A stretch of 11,108 nt of DNA, taken from NCBI GenBank assembly GCA_031458695.1, contig JAVKJW010000048.1, forward strand, positions 1-11,108, given 5' to 3'. Source of the DNA: Candidatus Thermofontivivens primus (GTDB taxonomy: Bacteria; Sysuimicrobiota; Sysuimicrobiia; Sysuimicrobiales; Thermofontiviventaceae). The translations under genes and the position numbers were made by a program. Shown here piece by piece: positions 1 to 7,037 of the stretch; position 1 is the stretch's first letter; the number at the start of each line of letters is the position of its first letter. The notes beneath the pieces are model-generated. The model searched no databases, was not told the DNA's origin, and saw nothing but the letters and a program-made list of their open reading frames with translations.

Positions 1-637
1 TGACCATGTAGATGACCCGCTCCCCGATGTTCGTGGCGTGGTCAGCGGCGCGCTCGAGGTGCTGGGCGACGAGGATGAGGTCAAGGGCTTGGGAGATGGT
101 TCTGGGGTCTTCCATCATGATGGTCAACAGCTCCCTGAAGACTTGGGTGCGGAGTGCATCCACCACGTCGTCCTGCGCGGTCATCCGCTCGGCGAGGTCT
201 GGGTCCCTGTTGATGTAGGCATTCAGCGCGTCCGCGAGCATCCCCTGAAAGATTTCCTCCATCCTGGGAATGTCGATGAGGGGTTTCAGGTGGGGACGGC
301 CGGAGAGGCGCTTGGTGGCTTTGGCGATCCCTTCGGCATGATCGGCCATCCTTTCCAGATCGATCCCGATGGCGAAGGCTGCCATGATCGCCCGGAGATC
401 CCTGCCCATGGGTTGCTGGGTAGCCAGAAGCCGGACACAACGCTGTTCCAGCTGGTCTTGCATCTGGTCGATGAAATAGTCCGCGGCGATGATGGTGTCA
501 GCGAGATCCACGTCGAGCGCCTTGAGAGCTTCCACGGCGCGGTGGATCTGCTCACCCGTCGCTCTGGCCATCTCCAGGAGATCTTCCTGGAGAGCCTGCA
601 GTTCCCGGTCAAACGCCTCGCGGAGATGGTCTCCCAT
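1..637 (-). CDS. phoU: Phosphate signalling/transport regulatory protein PhoU (3' end truncated by window edge)
   Basis: Not in the ORF track; translated by hand from ATG at 637: MGDHLREAFDRELQALQEDLLEMA...LLATQQPMGRDLRAI...DLERMADHAEGIA...HLKPLIDIPRM...DDVVDAL...HLERAADHATNIGERVIYMV. It has both PhoU repeat motifs (LERxxDH) and QQPxxxDLR. GGGAG RBS upstream; starts 12 nt after the pstB stop. Confidence 0.96.
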   Translation of the reverse strand, partial: MGDHLREAFDRELQALQEDLLEMARATGEQIHRAVEALKALDVDLADTIIAADYFIDQMQDQLEQRCVRLLATQQPMGRDLRAIMAAFAIGIDLERMADHAEGIAKATKRLSGRPHLKPLIDIPRMEEIFQGMLADALNAYINRDPDLAERMTAQDDVVDALRTQVFRELLTIMMEDPRTISQALDLILVAQHLERAADHATNIGERVIYMV

Positions 638-649
638 AAGTCTCCCGTC

Positions 650-1465
650 CTATCCGAACCTCCCGGTGATGTAGTCCTCTGTGCGCGGGTCTTTTGGCTT
701 GGTGAAGATCTGGTCCGTGGGTCCGTACTCCACGAGTTCTCCCTCGAGGAGGAAGGCGGTGAAGTCGGAGACCCGCGCAGCTTGCTGCATGTTGTGCGTC
801 ACAATGACGATGGTGATCTCCTTCGCCAGCTCCCTCGCCAGTTCCTCGATGCGGAGGGTGGAAGCCGGATCGAGGGCAGAAGCAGGCTCGTCCATGAGGA
901 GAACCTGCGGCTCCACGGCGAGGGCTCTAGCGATGCACAACCTTTGCTGTTGGCCACCGGAAAGACTGGTTCCGGGCTTGTGGAGGCGATCCTTCACCTC
1001 ATCCCAGAGCGCCGCCTGGCGGAGGGCCCGTTCAACGATCTCATCCAGCTTGCGCCGGTTCCGTTCTCCGGCGAGCTTGAGCCCCGCTGCCACGTTGTCG
1101 TAGATGCTCATCGTGGGGAAGGGGTTGGGCTTCTGGAAGACCATGCCGATGCGGCGGCGGATGAAGACGGGGTCGACTCCGGGGGCATAGATGTCCTGGC
1201 CGTCGATCAAGATTTGCCCCTTCACGCGAGCACCCGGGACCAGCTCGTGCATGCGATTCAGACACCGCAGGAAGGTGGTCTTCCCGCACCCCGAAGGCCC
1301 GATGATCGCGGTCACCTTGTGCTCGACGATTTCCAAGGTGATTCCCCGCAGGACGTGGTGTGTGTCAAACCACGCATGCAGGTCTCGTATCTGAATCTGT
1401 GCTCTCTGTTCCATCTCGGTCACGGCCTTCCGCACGCCCTCGATGGGTTCGATCACCTGTTTCAT
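650..1465 (-). CDS. pstB: Phosphate ABC transporter ATP-binding protein PstB
   Basis: Walker [27 protein letters not shown], signature [15 protein letters not shown], Walker [17 protein letters not shown] and the PstB C-terminus [19 protein letters not shown] before ATG 1465. Confidence 0.97.
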   Translation of the reverse strand: MKQVIEPIEGVRKAVTEMEQRAQIQIRDLHAWFDTHHVLRGITLEIVEHKVTAIIGPSGCGKTTFLRCLNRMHELVPGARVKGQILIDGQDIYAPGVDPVFIRRRIGMVFQKPNPFPTMSIYDNVAAGLKLAGERNRRKLDEIVERALRQAALWDEVKDRLHKPGTSLSGGQQQRLCIARALAVEPQVLLMDEPASALDPASTLRIEELARELAKEITIVIVTHNMQQAARVSDFTAFLLEGELVEYGPTDQIFTKPKDPRTEDYITGRFG

Positions 1466-1490
1466 GGTCCCTTCTCAGCTCCTTCGCGTT

Positions 1491-2336
1491 TCATTGTGGT
1501 TTTGTTTGACGGGTTGCTGCATAGCGGGCTATGATGTTGAGCCCAAGCACAATGGTCACCAGCACTAGAGCCCCAGCCCAGGCCTGGCGGTGCCAGTCCT
1601 CAAATGGTGAGATGGCATAAGAGAAGATCTGCAAGGGCAGCGCGGCTATTGGCTGGAGAGGGTTCCAGTTCCAAAACCGGTTCCCGAAAGCCGTGAACAA
1701 AAGTGGCGCCGTCTCCCCAGCAATGCGAGCCACCCCCACCATGATCCCTGTGGTGATCCCGGCTGCAGCCGTGGGCAGGGTGACGCGCAAGGTCATTCTC
1801 CACCAAGGGATCCCGAGGGCGAGCGCGGCCTCCCGGATGCTCTGCGGCACCAACCGTACCATCTCCTCCGTGGTCCGCAGAACGATGGGAAGGAGGAGCA
1901 CCGCCAGTGCCAGGCCTCCGGATAGCGCGCTGAAATGTCGCATCGGCAGGACGATCACAACGTAGGCGAACAGCCCTGCCACGATGCTGGGCACTCCATT
2001 GAGGACGTCAGCCGTAAACCGAGCGACGGCGGCAAGTCGGGCTTTTGGATGCTCCGCGACATAGAGGCCTGCAAACACCCCCAGGGGGACTCCCATCAAC
2101 CCGGCCAGGGTGACGAGGATCAGAGTTCCTACCATGGCGTTGGCCATGCCTCCTCCTGGTTCGCCGGCTGGGCCTGGCAGCTTGGTAAAGAAATCCCAGT
2201 TGATCGCGGAGATGCCGGTTTTTACGAGGAAGAGCAAGATCAGAAAGAGCGGGGCGAGGACAATGGCTGTGCACAGCAACGTCACAGCCGTCATTGCGGC
2301 ATCCGTCCACTTTCTCCTGTAGTATCGCAGGTCCAT
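1491..2336 (-). CDS. pstA: Phosphate ABC transporter permease PstA
   Basis: True start inferred at ATG 2336 (MDLRYYRRKW), 2 nt after the pstC stop. Motifs GVPSIVAGLF, EAA loop (SIREAALALG), ARIAGETAPLLFT and multiple TM helices. The upstream part of ORF 1491..3155 is an off-frame overlap with pstC. Confidence 0.95.
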   Translation of the reverse strand: MDLRYYRRKWTDAAMTAVTLLCTAIVLAPLFLILLFLVKTGISAINWDFFTKLPGPAGEPGGGMANAMVGTLILVTLAGLMGVPLGVFAGLYVAEHPKARLAAVARFTADVLNGVPSIVAGLFAYVVIVLPMRHFSALSGGLALAVLLLPIVLRTTEEMVRLVPQSIREAALALGIPWWRMTLRVTLPTAAAGITTGIMVGVARIAGETAPLLFTAFGNRFWNWNPLQPIAALPLQIFSYAISPFEDWHRQAWAGALVLVTIVLGLNIIARYAATRQTKPQ

Positions 2337-2338
2337 GG

Positions 2339-3298
2339 CTACTCCCGAATCGCCTCCACGCCCCTCGCCACCCGTGTGACCAGGAGCCGCGCGAGAATGT
2401 TGACGACCAGGGTCACGACGAAGAGGACAAGCCCTGCATACAGCAGCGCTGCGAGGTAAAGATCGGTCGTAGCTTCGGTGAACTCGTTTGCAATGACAGC
2501 AGGGATCGTGTGCGCAGGCGCCAGGAGCGAAGCTTTGATCTGGGGGACGTTGCCGATGACCATGGTGACGGCCATGGTCTCTCCCAACGCACGCGCCAGG
2601 GCGAGAAAGATGGCTCCGATGATCCCGGAGCGTGCATAGGGCAATATGGCGGTGCGCGTCGTCTCCCACCGGGTCGCTCCAAGCGCGATCGCAGCTTCTC
2701 GTTGGGTGTTGGGGACCGCGCGCATGACCTCCGTGCCGACTGCGACGATGAACGGGATGATCATGATGGCCAGGATCAACCCAGCCGTGAGCATGCCAAT
2801 GCCGATGGGCGGGCCAGTAAACAGGGGGAGAAACCCCAGATGAGCCTTGAGGAAAGGGCCGAGGGCGGTTCGCACCCACGGCACCAAGACGAAGATCCCC
2901 CACAGCCCGTACACCACGCTGGGGATCGCTGCGAGGAGCTCGACGAGGAAGCGGATGGGCGCGCGGAGCCAATCCGGCACCATCTCGGACAGGAAGATCG
3001 CAACCCCGAGGCCGAGGGGGACCGCCAGGGCAAGGGCGAGCGCCGAGGATACCAGCGTCCCGTAGATGAACGGGAGCGCGCCGAACTTCAGGGCAACAGG
3101 ATCCCACGTGGACGTGACGAAGAACGCCAACCCAAACTGTCGGATGGCCGGCCATGCTGCCGACGTGAGCGCGACGAGGATGGCTCCCATGAGCAGGGGC
3201 ACTGCCGCTGTGACGACAACGAGGAAGAGGGAAAAGATGCGGTCGCCGTTGCGCTTGGCGACCGGTCTTACGATTGTTGTGACCAGCTCCGATGCCAT
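2339..3298 (-). CDS. pstC: Phosphate ABC transporter permease PstC
   Basis: WDPV..FGALPFIYGTLVSS, VELLAAIPSVVYGLWG, EAA loop (QREAAIALGATRWE), RALGETMAVTMVIGN, IANEFTEA. Lies between pstS and pstA. Confidence 0.96.
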   Translation of the reverse strand: MASELVTTIVRPVAKRNGDRIFSLFLVVVTAAVPLLMGAILVALTSAAWPAIRQFGLAFFVTSTWDPVALKFGALPFIYGTLVSSALALALAVPLGLGVAIFLSEMVPDWLRAPIRFLVELLAAIPSVVYGLWGIFVLVPWVRTALGPFLKAHLGFLPLFTGPPIGIGMLTAGLILAIMIIPFIVAVGTEVMRAVPNTQREAAIALGATRWETTRTAILPYARSGIIGAIFLALARALGETMAVTMVIGNVPQIKASLLAPAHTIPAVIANEFTEATTDLYLAALLYAGLVLFVVTLVVNILARLLVTRVARGVEAIRE

Positions 3299-3308
3299 GT
3301 TGTTTCCT

Positions 3309-4376
3309 CTACGGCAGGAGGGGTTCCCCCCTCGATGTGACGGTCTTCAGGGTCTTCTCAATGCGTTGAACCAGACCCTTGGACAGAGGCGCATAGAGGA
3401 GCGGCGGGGCATACTTCTGTCCATCGTGGGTCGCCCACCAAAGGAACTCCACCAGGGCTTTCCCCTTCACCGGGTCGGGTTGCTCCCCGTAGATGAGGAT
3501 CCAAGTGAAACCGGCGATGGGATAGACATCCCTTCCCTCAGGGTCGGTGATGAAAATCCGGTAGTCCTCTGGGATTGCTTTCAGAGCGCCCTCCATTGCC
3601 CTGGTGGTGGTCGATAGCGACGCTTGGATGAACTGGCCAGCCTTGTTGCGGACCTTTCCAAACGTCATCTTGTTGGTCACCGCGTAGGCAAGTTCCACGT
3701 AGCCCAGCGAATTGGGAGTCTGCCTGACCAGCCCCGCTACGCCTTCGTTTCCCTTTCCCCCGAGGCCGGTGGGCCAGTTCACCGAGGTGCCCTCGCCGAC
3801 CTTGGACTTCCACTCCGCGCTCACCTTGCTGAGGTAGTTCACCCAGATCGCCGTCGTGCCGGAGCCGTCGGACCGGTGCACTACGACGATGTCAGCTGAG
3901 GGGAGCTTGACGTTTGGGTTGAGCTTAGCTAGGCGCGGGTCGTTCCACTTGGTGATCTTCCCGAGGAAGATGTCGGCGAGAACGTCTCCGGTGAAGTTCA
4001 GTCCAGGCCCGACGCCCGGGATGTTGTACACGGGGACCACCGCGCCCGCCACCATCGGGATGTGCAAGACGCGGCCGCCGGCTTGGCGGATCTGCTCATC
4101 TGTCATTGGGCCGTCGCTGGCGCCAAAATCCACGGTCTTCGCAATGAACTGCCGGATGCCGCCGCCTGAGCCAATGGACTGGTAGTTGATCCGGACGCCC
4201 TTTTCTGCCGCATACACTTGGGACCATTTCGAATAGAGCGGGTAGGGGAATGTTGCGCCTGCCCCGTTGAGCGTCACAGGTGCCTGGGCATGGGAGGTAC
4301 TGATGCTTCCAACGAGCAAAGGAACTGCAAGGGCAACCAGTACCAAGGAAATCCAGGCCTTTCGCATATTTCGCAT
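3309..4376 (-). CDS. pstS: Phosphate ABC transporter substrate-binding protein PstS
   Basis: Start at ATG 4376 with AGGAGG RBS. N-terminal signal peptide (MRNMRKAWISLVLVALAVPLLVGSISTSHA|Q). Motifs GAGATFPYPLY, YQSIGSGGG, DFGASD, HRSDGSGTT, GKGNEGV, GYVE, YPIAGFTW. Confidence 0.97.
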   Translation of the reverse strand: MRNMRKAWISLVLVALAVPLLVGSISTSHAQAPVTLNGAGATFPYPLYSKWSQVYAAEKGVRINYQSIGSGGGIRQFIAKTVDFGASDGPMTDEQIRQAGGRVLHIPMVAGAVVPVYNIPGVGPGLNFTGDVLADIFLGKITKWNDPRLAKLNPNVKLPSADIVVVHRSDGSGTTAIWVNYLSKVSAEWKSKVGEGTSVNWPTGLGGKGNEGVAGLVRQTPNSLGYVELAYAVTNKMTFGKVRNKAGQFIQASLSTTTRAMEGALKAIPEDYRIFITDPEGRDVYPIAGFTWILIYGEQPDPVKGKALVEFLWWATHDGQKYAPPLLYAPLSKGLVQRIEKTLKTVTSRGEPLLP

Positions 4377-4409
4377 CTTTTTCCTCCTATCGTGGTTTTT
4401 CTGCTGTTC

Positions 4410-4465
4410 AGCGTACGCGGGAGAAGTGAAGATGTGGGGATAGGAATTTGAAGGGAGGTTGAAAT
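4410..4465 (-). promoter_or_regulatory. Putative pstS promoter: Pho-box-like 11-bp direct repeats plus -10-like hexamer TACGCT
   Basis: Minus strand reads TTCAAC-CTCCC-TTCAAA-TTCCT-ATCCCC-ACATC-TTCAC-TTCTCCCGCG-TACGCT. TTCA cores lie at 4463-4460, 4452-4449 and 4430-4427 (offsets 11 and 22), with a degenerate unit in between. TACGCT at 4415-4410 is 10 nt after the last TTCAC. Confidence 0.62.
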
Positions 4466-4503
4466 CTATTCCAAGGGGATGCAAAATCGTGGGGCGCAGT
4501 ACC

Positions 4504-5475
4504 TCACGAGGAAGTCCGATCGCTGAGGTCCAGCCGGTAGCCGATGCCGCGGACGGTCACGATGCGAATGCCGCCTTCCGCTTCCAACTTTTTGCGGAGC
4601 CATCCGATGTGGGTATCGAGTGTCCGGGTATCGCCGAAATAGTCCTCTCCCCACACCTCGTTCAGTAGCCGCTCGCGGCGCACCACTTTCCCCTGGTGGC
4701 GGAGGAGGAGGTGGAGCACACCGAACTCCTTTGTGGAAAGCGCTACAGGTTTCCCAGCGACGGTGACCTCGTGGCGGTCCACGTCGATCACCACGCGGCC
4801 GGCAACAAGCCTCCCGGCTCCTCCGGTCTGGATGAGGAGCGTCTCCAGGACGTTGGCGACGTCCTCGCACCGGTCGGTGCTGGCCTCCAGCGCCTCGAAG
4901 ATGTCCTTCCACTTCAGCACGTTCTTGAGGTCTTCCTCCTCGGTGAACAGGAGCTCTAGCCCCTCCCGCAGCAGGTCGTCGGCACGGTTCTCCAGGCGGT
5001 GAAGGGCCCTCGTGTGGGGGAATACCTCCTGCATACGCCGAAGCTGTCCCACGGCCTCGTGGAGTTGTTGGGCAGACTCGCGCACGATCCTGGCCATCTC
5101 CCGAGCTTGCGGGATAGGGCGGTGGATGTGGTAGATCACGAGCCTCGCTGCGCCGGCCTCGATGGCATCGAGGACGTCGTCGAGGTACCCCATGAGCGCC
5201 TTGAGGGCCTCCCCATCCGCGGGGGGCTGGTGTGGAACCATCAGGGCATCGAAGAGATCCCGGGCAATGGCATCGCCCTTGTGCTCCAGGTCCAGGATGG
5301 CTTGCCACGCTTGGGGGAATGGGACCTCGCCCTCCATTGCGGAGGTCAAAACCTCTGCAGCTTCCAGGATTGTGCGCACCATCTCCTCGAGGAGGCTAAG
5401 CTCCCGGTCCGGAACCCCGGAAGGGGGCTGTGGGGGGGTGGTACCCTGATCGATCAGTTTCCTTCCCGTAGCCAT
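4504..5475 (-). CDS. DUF47/PhoU-like domain fused to an OmpR/PhoB-type winged-helix DNA-binding domain; putative phosphate regulator (323 aa)
   Basis: aa ~22-216 are DUF47-like (LEHKGD, LDDVLDAIE, LENRADDL, KWKDIFEALEASTDRCEDVANVLE). aa ~222-317 are Trans_reg_C-like (LSTKEFGVLHLL, RERLLNEVWG, DTRTLDTHIGWLRKKLE, IVTVRGIGYRL). No receiver domain. Start placed at ATG 5475; the further upstream part of ORF 4504..6369 is antisense to rplY. Exact start is uncertain because there is no clear SD. Confidence 0.88.
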   Translation of the reverse strand: MATGRKLIDQGTTPPQPPSGVPDRELSLLEEMVRTILEAAEVLTSAMEGEVPFPQAWQAILDLEHKGDAIARDLFDALMVPHQPPADGEALKALMGYLDDVLDAIEAGAARLVIYHIHRPIPQAREMARIVRESAQQLHEAVGQLRRMQEVFPHTRALHRLENRADDLLREGLELLFTEEEDLKNVLKWKDIFEALEASTDRCEDVANVLETLLIQTGGAGRLVAGRVVIDVDRHEVTVAGKPVALSTKEFGVLHLLLRHQGKVVRRERLLNEVWGEDYFGDTRTLDTHIGWLRKKLEAEGGIRIVTVRGIGYRLDLSDRTSS

Positions 5476-5486
5476 TCCACATGTGT

Positions 5487-5511
5487 ATTCGCTGGGTTCA
5501 TCTGATGTCCT
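5487..5511 (-). promoter_or_regulatory. Sigma-H-like promoter motif upstream of the DUF47-wHTH regulator
   Basis: Minus strand GG-AGGA-CATCAGATGAACCCAGC-GAAT-A (AGGA-N17-GAAT), ending 11 nt before ATG 5475. Confidence 0.5.
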
Positions 5512-5599
5512 CCAGAGCAGAGCTAGGTCCTTCGCTCCCGGAGCGCAGGGAGAGGGATGGGAGGTGCAGGAATTTTCAGGGAATTGGAAGCTGGGCCAT

Positions 5600-5628
5600 T
5601 GGACAGGGAGGAGGGGTGGTGTTATAAT
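5600..5628 (+). promoter_or_regulatory. Sigma-70/SigA promoter for rplY-pth
   Basis: -35 TGGACA (5600-5605), 17-bp spacer, extended -10 TG-n-TATAAT (5623-5628). AGGAGG RBS and ATG 5665 follow. Confidence 0.85.
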
Positions 5629-5664
5629 CGAATCCTGGCTGCAAGCGTTGAGGAGGGAGAACGT

Positions 5665-6315
5665 ATGGAGCGTGTGGTCCTCCCCGCGGAGGTAAGGACA
5701 AAGACGGGGAAGAGTGCAGCGAAAAAGCTGAGGCTTATAGGGAAGATCCCGGCGATTCTCTACGGGAAGGGCAGATCCCCTACACCTCTCGCGGTCGAGC
5801 GCAAGCGATTGCTGGAGGTCCTGCATACCGCTGCCGGCAAGAACGTGCTCATTGATCTGGAGATCCACAAGGACGGGGAAGTGGACAGGGCTACAGTCAT
5901 GCTCAAGGAGCTCCAGCAGGATCTCTATGGGAGGGATGTGATCCACGCCGACCTCGTGGCGGTGAGTCTGGAGGAGACCATTGAGCTTGAGGTCCCCGTC
6001 ATTCTCGTTGGACAGGCGAAGGGGGTCGCCGCGGGGGGGATCCTCGAACAACACCTCCGCTTCCTGGTGGTGGAATGCCTCCCCACACAGATCCCCGAGC
6101 ATATCGAAGTGGACATCTCCCACCTGGACATTGGGGATACGATCCACGTCTCTGAACTGAAGATTCCAGACGGAGTCAGCGTGCGGACTCCTCCCGAGGA
6201 AGTTGTGGTGAGTATCCTCGCCCCGGCCAAGGAAGAGGTCCCTGCTCCTGCGGAGGCGGCACCGCCACAGGTCCCCCAGATGCCTAGGGCACCGGAGGAA
6301 GCGGAAGAGGAGTAA
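5665..6315 (+). CDS. rplY: 50S ribosomal protein bL25 / general stress protein Ctc (long form)
   Basis: RTKTGKSAAKKLR..GKIPAILYG, HADL, VPVILVG.AKGV..GGIL, VECLPTQIPEHIEVDISHLDIGDTIHVSEL and an acidic/Pro-rich tail. RBS GAGGAGG; conserved rplY-pth synteny. Confidence 0.95.
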   Translation: MERVVLPAEVRTKTGKSAAKKLRLIGKIPAILYGKGRSPTPLAVERKRLLEVLHTAAGKNVLIDLEIHKDGEVDRATVMLKELQQDLYGRDVIHADLVAVSLEETIELEVPVILVGQAKGVAAGGILEQHLRFLVVECLPTQIPEHIEVDISHLDIGDTIHVSELKIPDGVSVRTPPEEVVVSILAPAKEEVPAPAEAAPPQVPQMPRAPEEAEEE

Positions 6316-6367
6316 ATGGTGCTTAGGACTGCTTGAGCCCTTTCTCCCGGATTGGGTGGCGCTGTGC

Positions 6368-6937
6368 ATGGGAGAAAAGCTGGTTGTCGGGCTTGGGAAT
6401 CCAGGGCGTGCCTACGCTGGGACACGGCATAACCTTGGATTTGAGGTTGTGGATCTCCTGGCCACGGTGAAGAAGATCCCCGTTCGTACCGAGGAGGGAT
6501 GGGCGATCCTCGGTCGCGGCGCAATCGACGGCTGCTCCGTGATCCTGGCAAAGCCGCAGACATATGTCAACCTCAGCGGGATCGCCGTCGCCGACCTATG
6601 CAAGCGGTACACCGTGGACCCCATGGACCTCATTGTGATCCATGACGATCTCGATCTCCCTGTCGGCGTCATCCGGATCCGGACCCGCGGAGGACACGGG
6701 GGGCATAAGGGTGTCCGTTCCATCTTGGAGAGCCTGGGGACGGACCTGTTCACCAGGGTGAAGATCGGCATCGGCCGTCCCCCCAAAGACGTGGATCCCG
6801 CGGACTACGTGCTCAGCCCGATTCCTACAGAGGAAGCACCGCTGCTCCAGGAGGCGGTCCGTCGCGCTGCAGAGGCCGTGGAGGTCATCCTCACCCGTGG
6901 GGTTGCGGTGGCAATGAACCGCTTCAACTCCCTCTAG
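6368..6937 (+). CDS. pth: Peptidyl-tRNA hydrolase
   Basis: KLVVGLGNPG..YAGTRHNLGF, KPQTYVNLSG, VIHDDLDLP, GGHGGHKG, RVKIGIGRP, DYVLS, AMNRFN. Start is ATG 6368 (alternative GTG 6356). Confidence 0.96.
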   Translation: MGEKLVVGLGNPGRAYAGTRHNLGFEVVDLLATVKKIPVRTEEGWAILGRGAIDGCSVILAKPQTYVNLSGIAVADLCKRYTVDPMDLIVIHDDLDLPVGVIRIRTRGGHGGHKGVRSILESLGTDLFTRVKIGIGRPPKDVDPADYVLSPIPTEEAPLLQEAVRRAAEAVEVILTRGVAVAMNRFNSL

Positions 6938-6955
6938 TTGCCTCGCTCACCTGCA

Positions 6956-6981
6956 AGGAATTCCATTTTTCTGGGGCGAAT
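6956..6981 (+). promoter_or_regulatory. Sigma-H-like promoter motif upstream of the alkaline-phosphatase-family gene
   Basis: CA-AGGA-ATTCCATTTTTCTGGGGC-GAAT-AG (AGGA-N18-GAAT) in the intergenic region after pth. Confidence 0.55.
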
Positions 6982-7024
6982 AGAGTCCCTGCGTGCCGGT
7001 CTTCTGCTCGCCCCATTTTCTTTG
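6972..7024 (+). terminator. Possible stem-loop/terminator after pth
   Basis: TGGGGCGA (6972-6979) pairs with TCGCCCCA (7008-7015), with imperfect further pairing inside, followed by TTTTCTTTG. The loop is long for a canonical intrinsic terminator. Confidence 0.35.
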
Positions 7025-7037
7025 TGTGGAGGGAGAG

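Noticed and set aside
38..1534. 498-aa plus-strand ORF
   Set aside because: Antisense shadow of phoU and pstB with no recognisable motifs; long shadow ORFs are common in GC-rich DNA.
2337..3155. Long N-terminal extension of PstA in the ORF track (apparent 554-aa protein)
   Set aside because: Off-frame overlap with pstC, Arg/Gly/His-rich and motif-free; PstA similarity begins at ATG 2336, right after the pstC stop.
2294..3340. 348-aa plus-strand ORF
   Set aside because: Antisense shadow of pstC.
4377..4484. N-terminal extension of PstS to 4484
   Set aside because: The strong AGGAGG RBS and signal peptide point to ATG 4376; the extension covers the promoter region.
6230..6315. Pro/Ala/Glu-rich low-complexity tail of bL25
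   Set aside because: Ordinary feature of long-form Ctc/bL25 proteins.
5476..6369. Apparent 621-aa three-part protein (extension of the regulator ORF)
   Set aside because: The extension is antisense to rplY and its promoter and has no protein-like motifs; only 4504-5475 is credible.
6920..6950. Possible Pho box upstream of the AlkP-family gene (CTTCAACTCCCT resembles a pstS repeat unit)
   Set aside because: Only one good unit, lying inside the pth coding end; the next similar unit is 23 nt away, off the 11-bp register.
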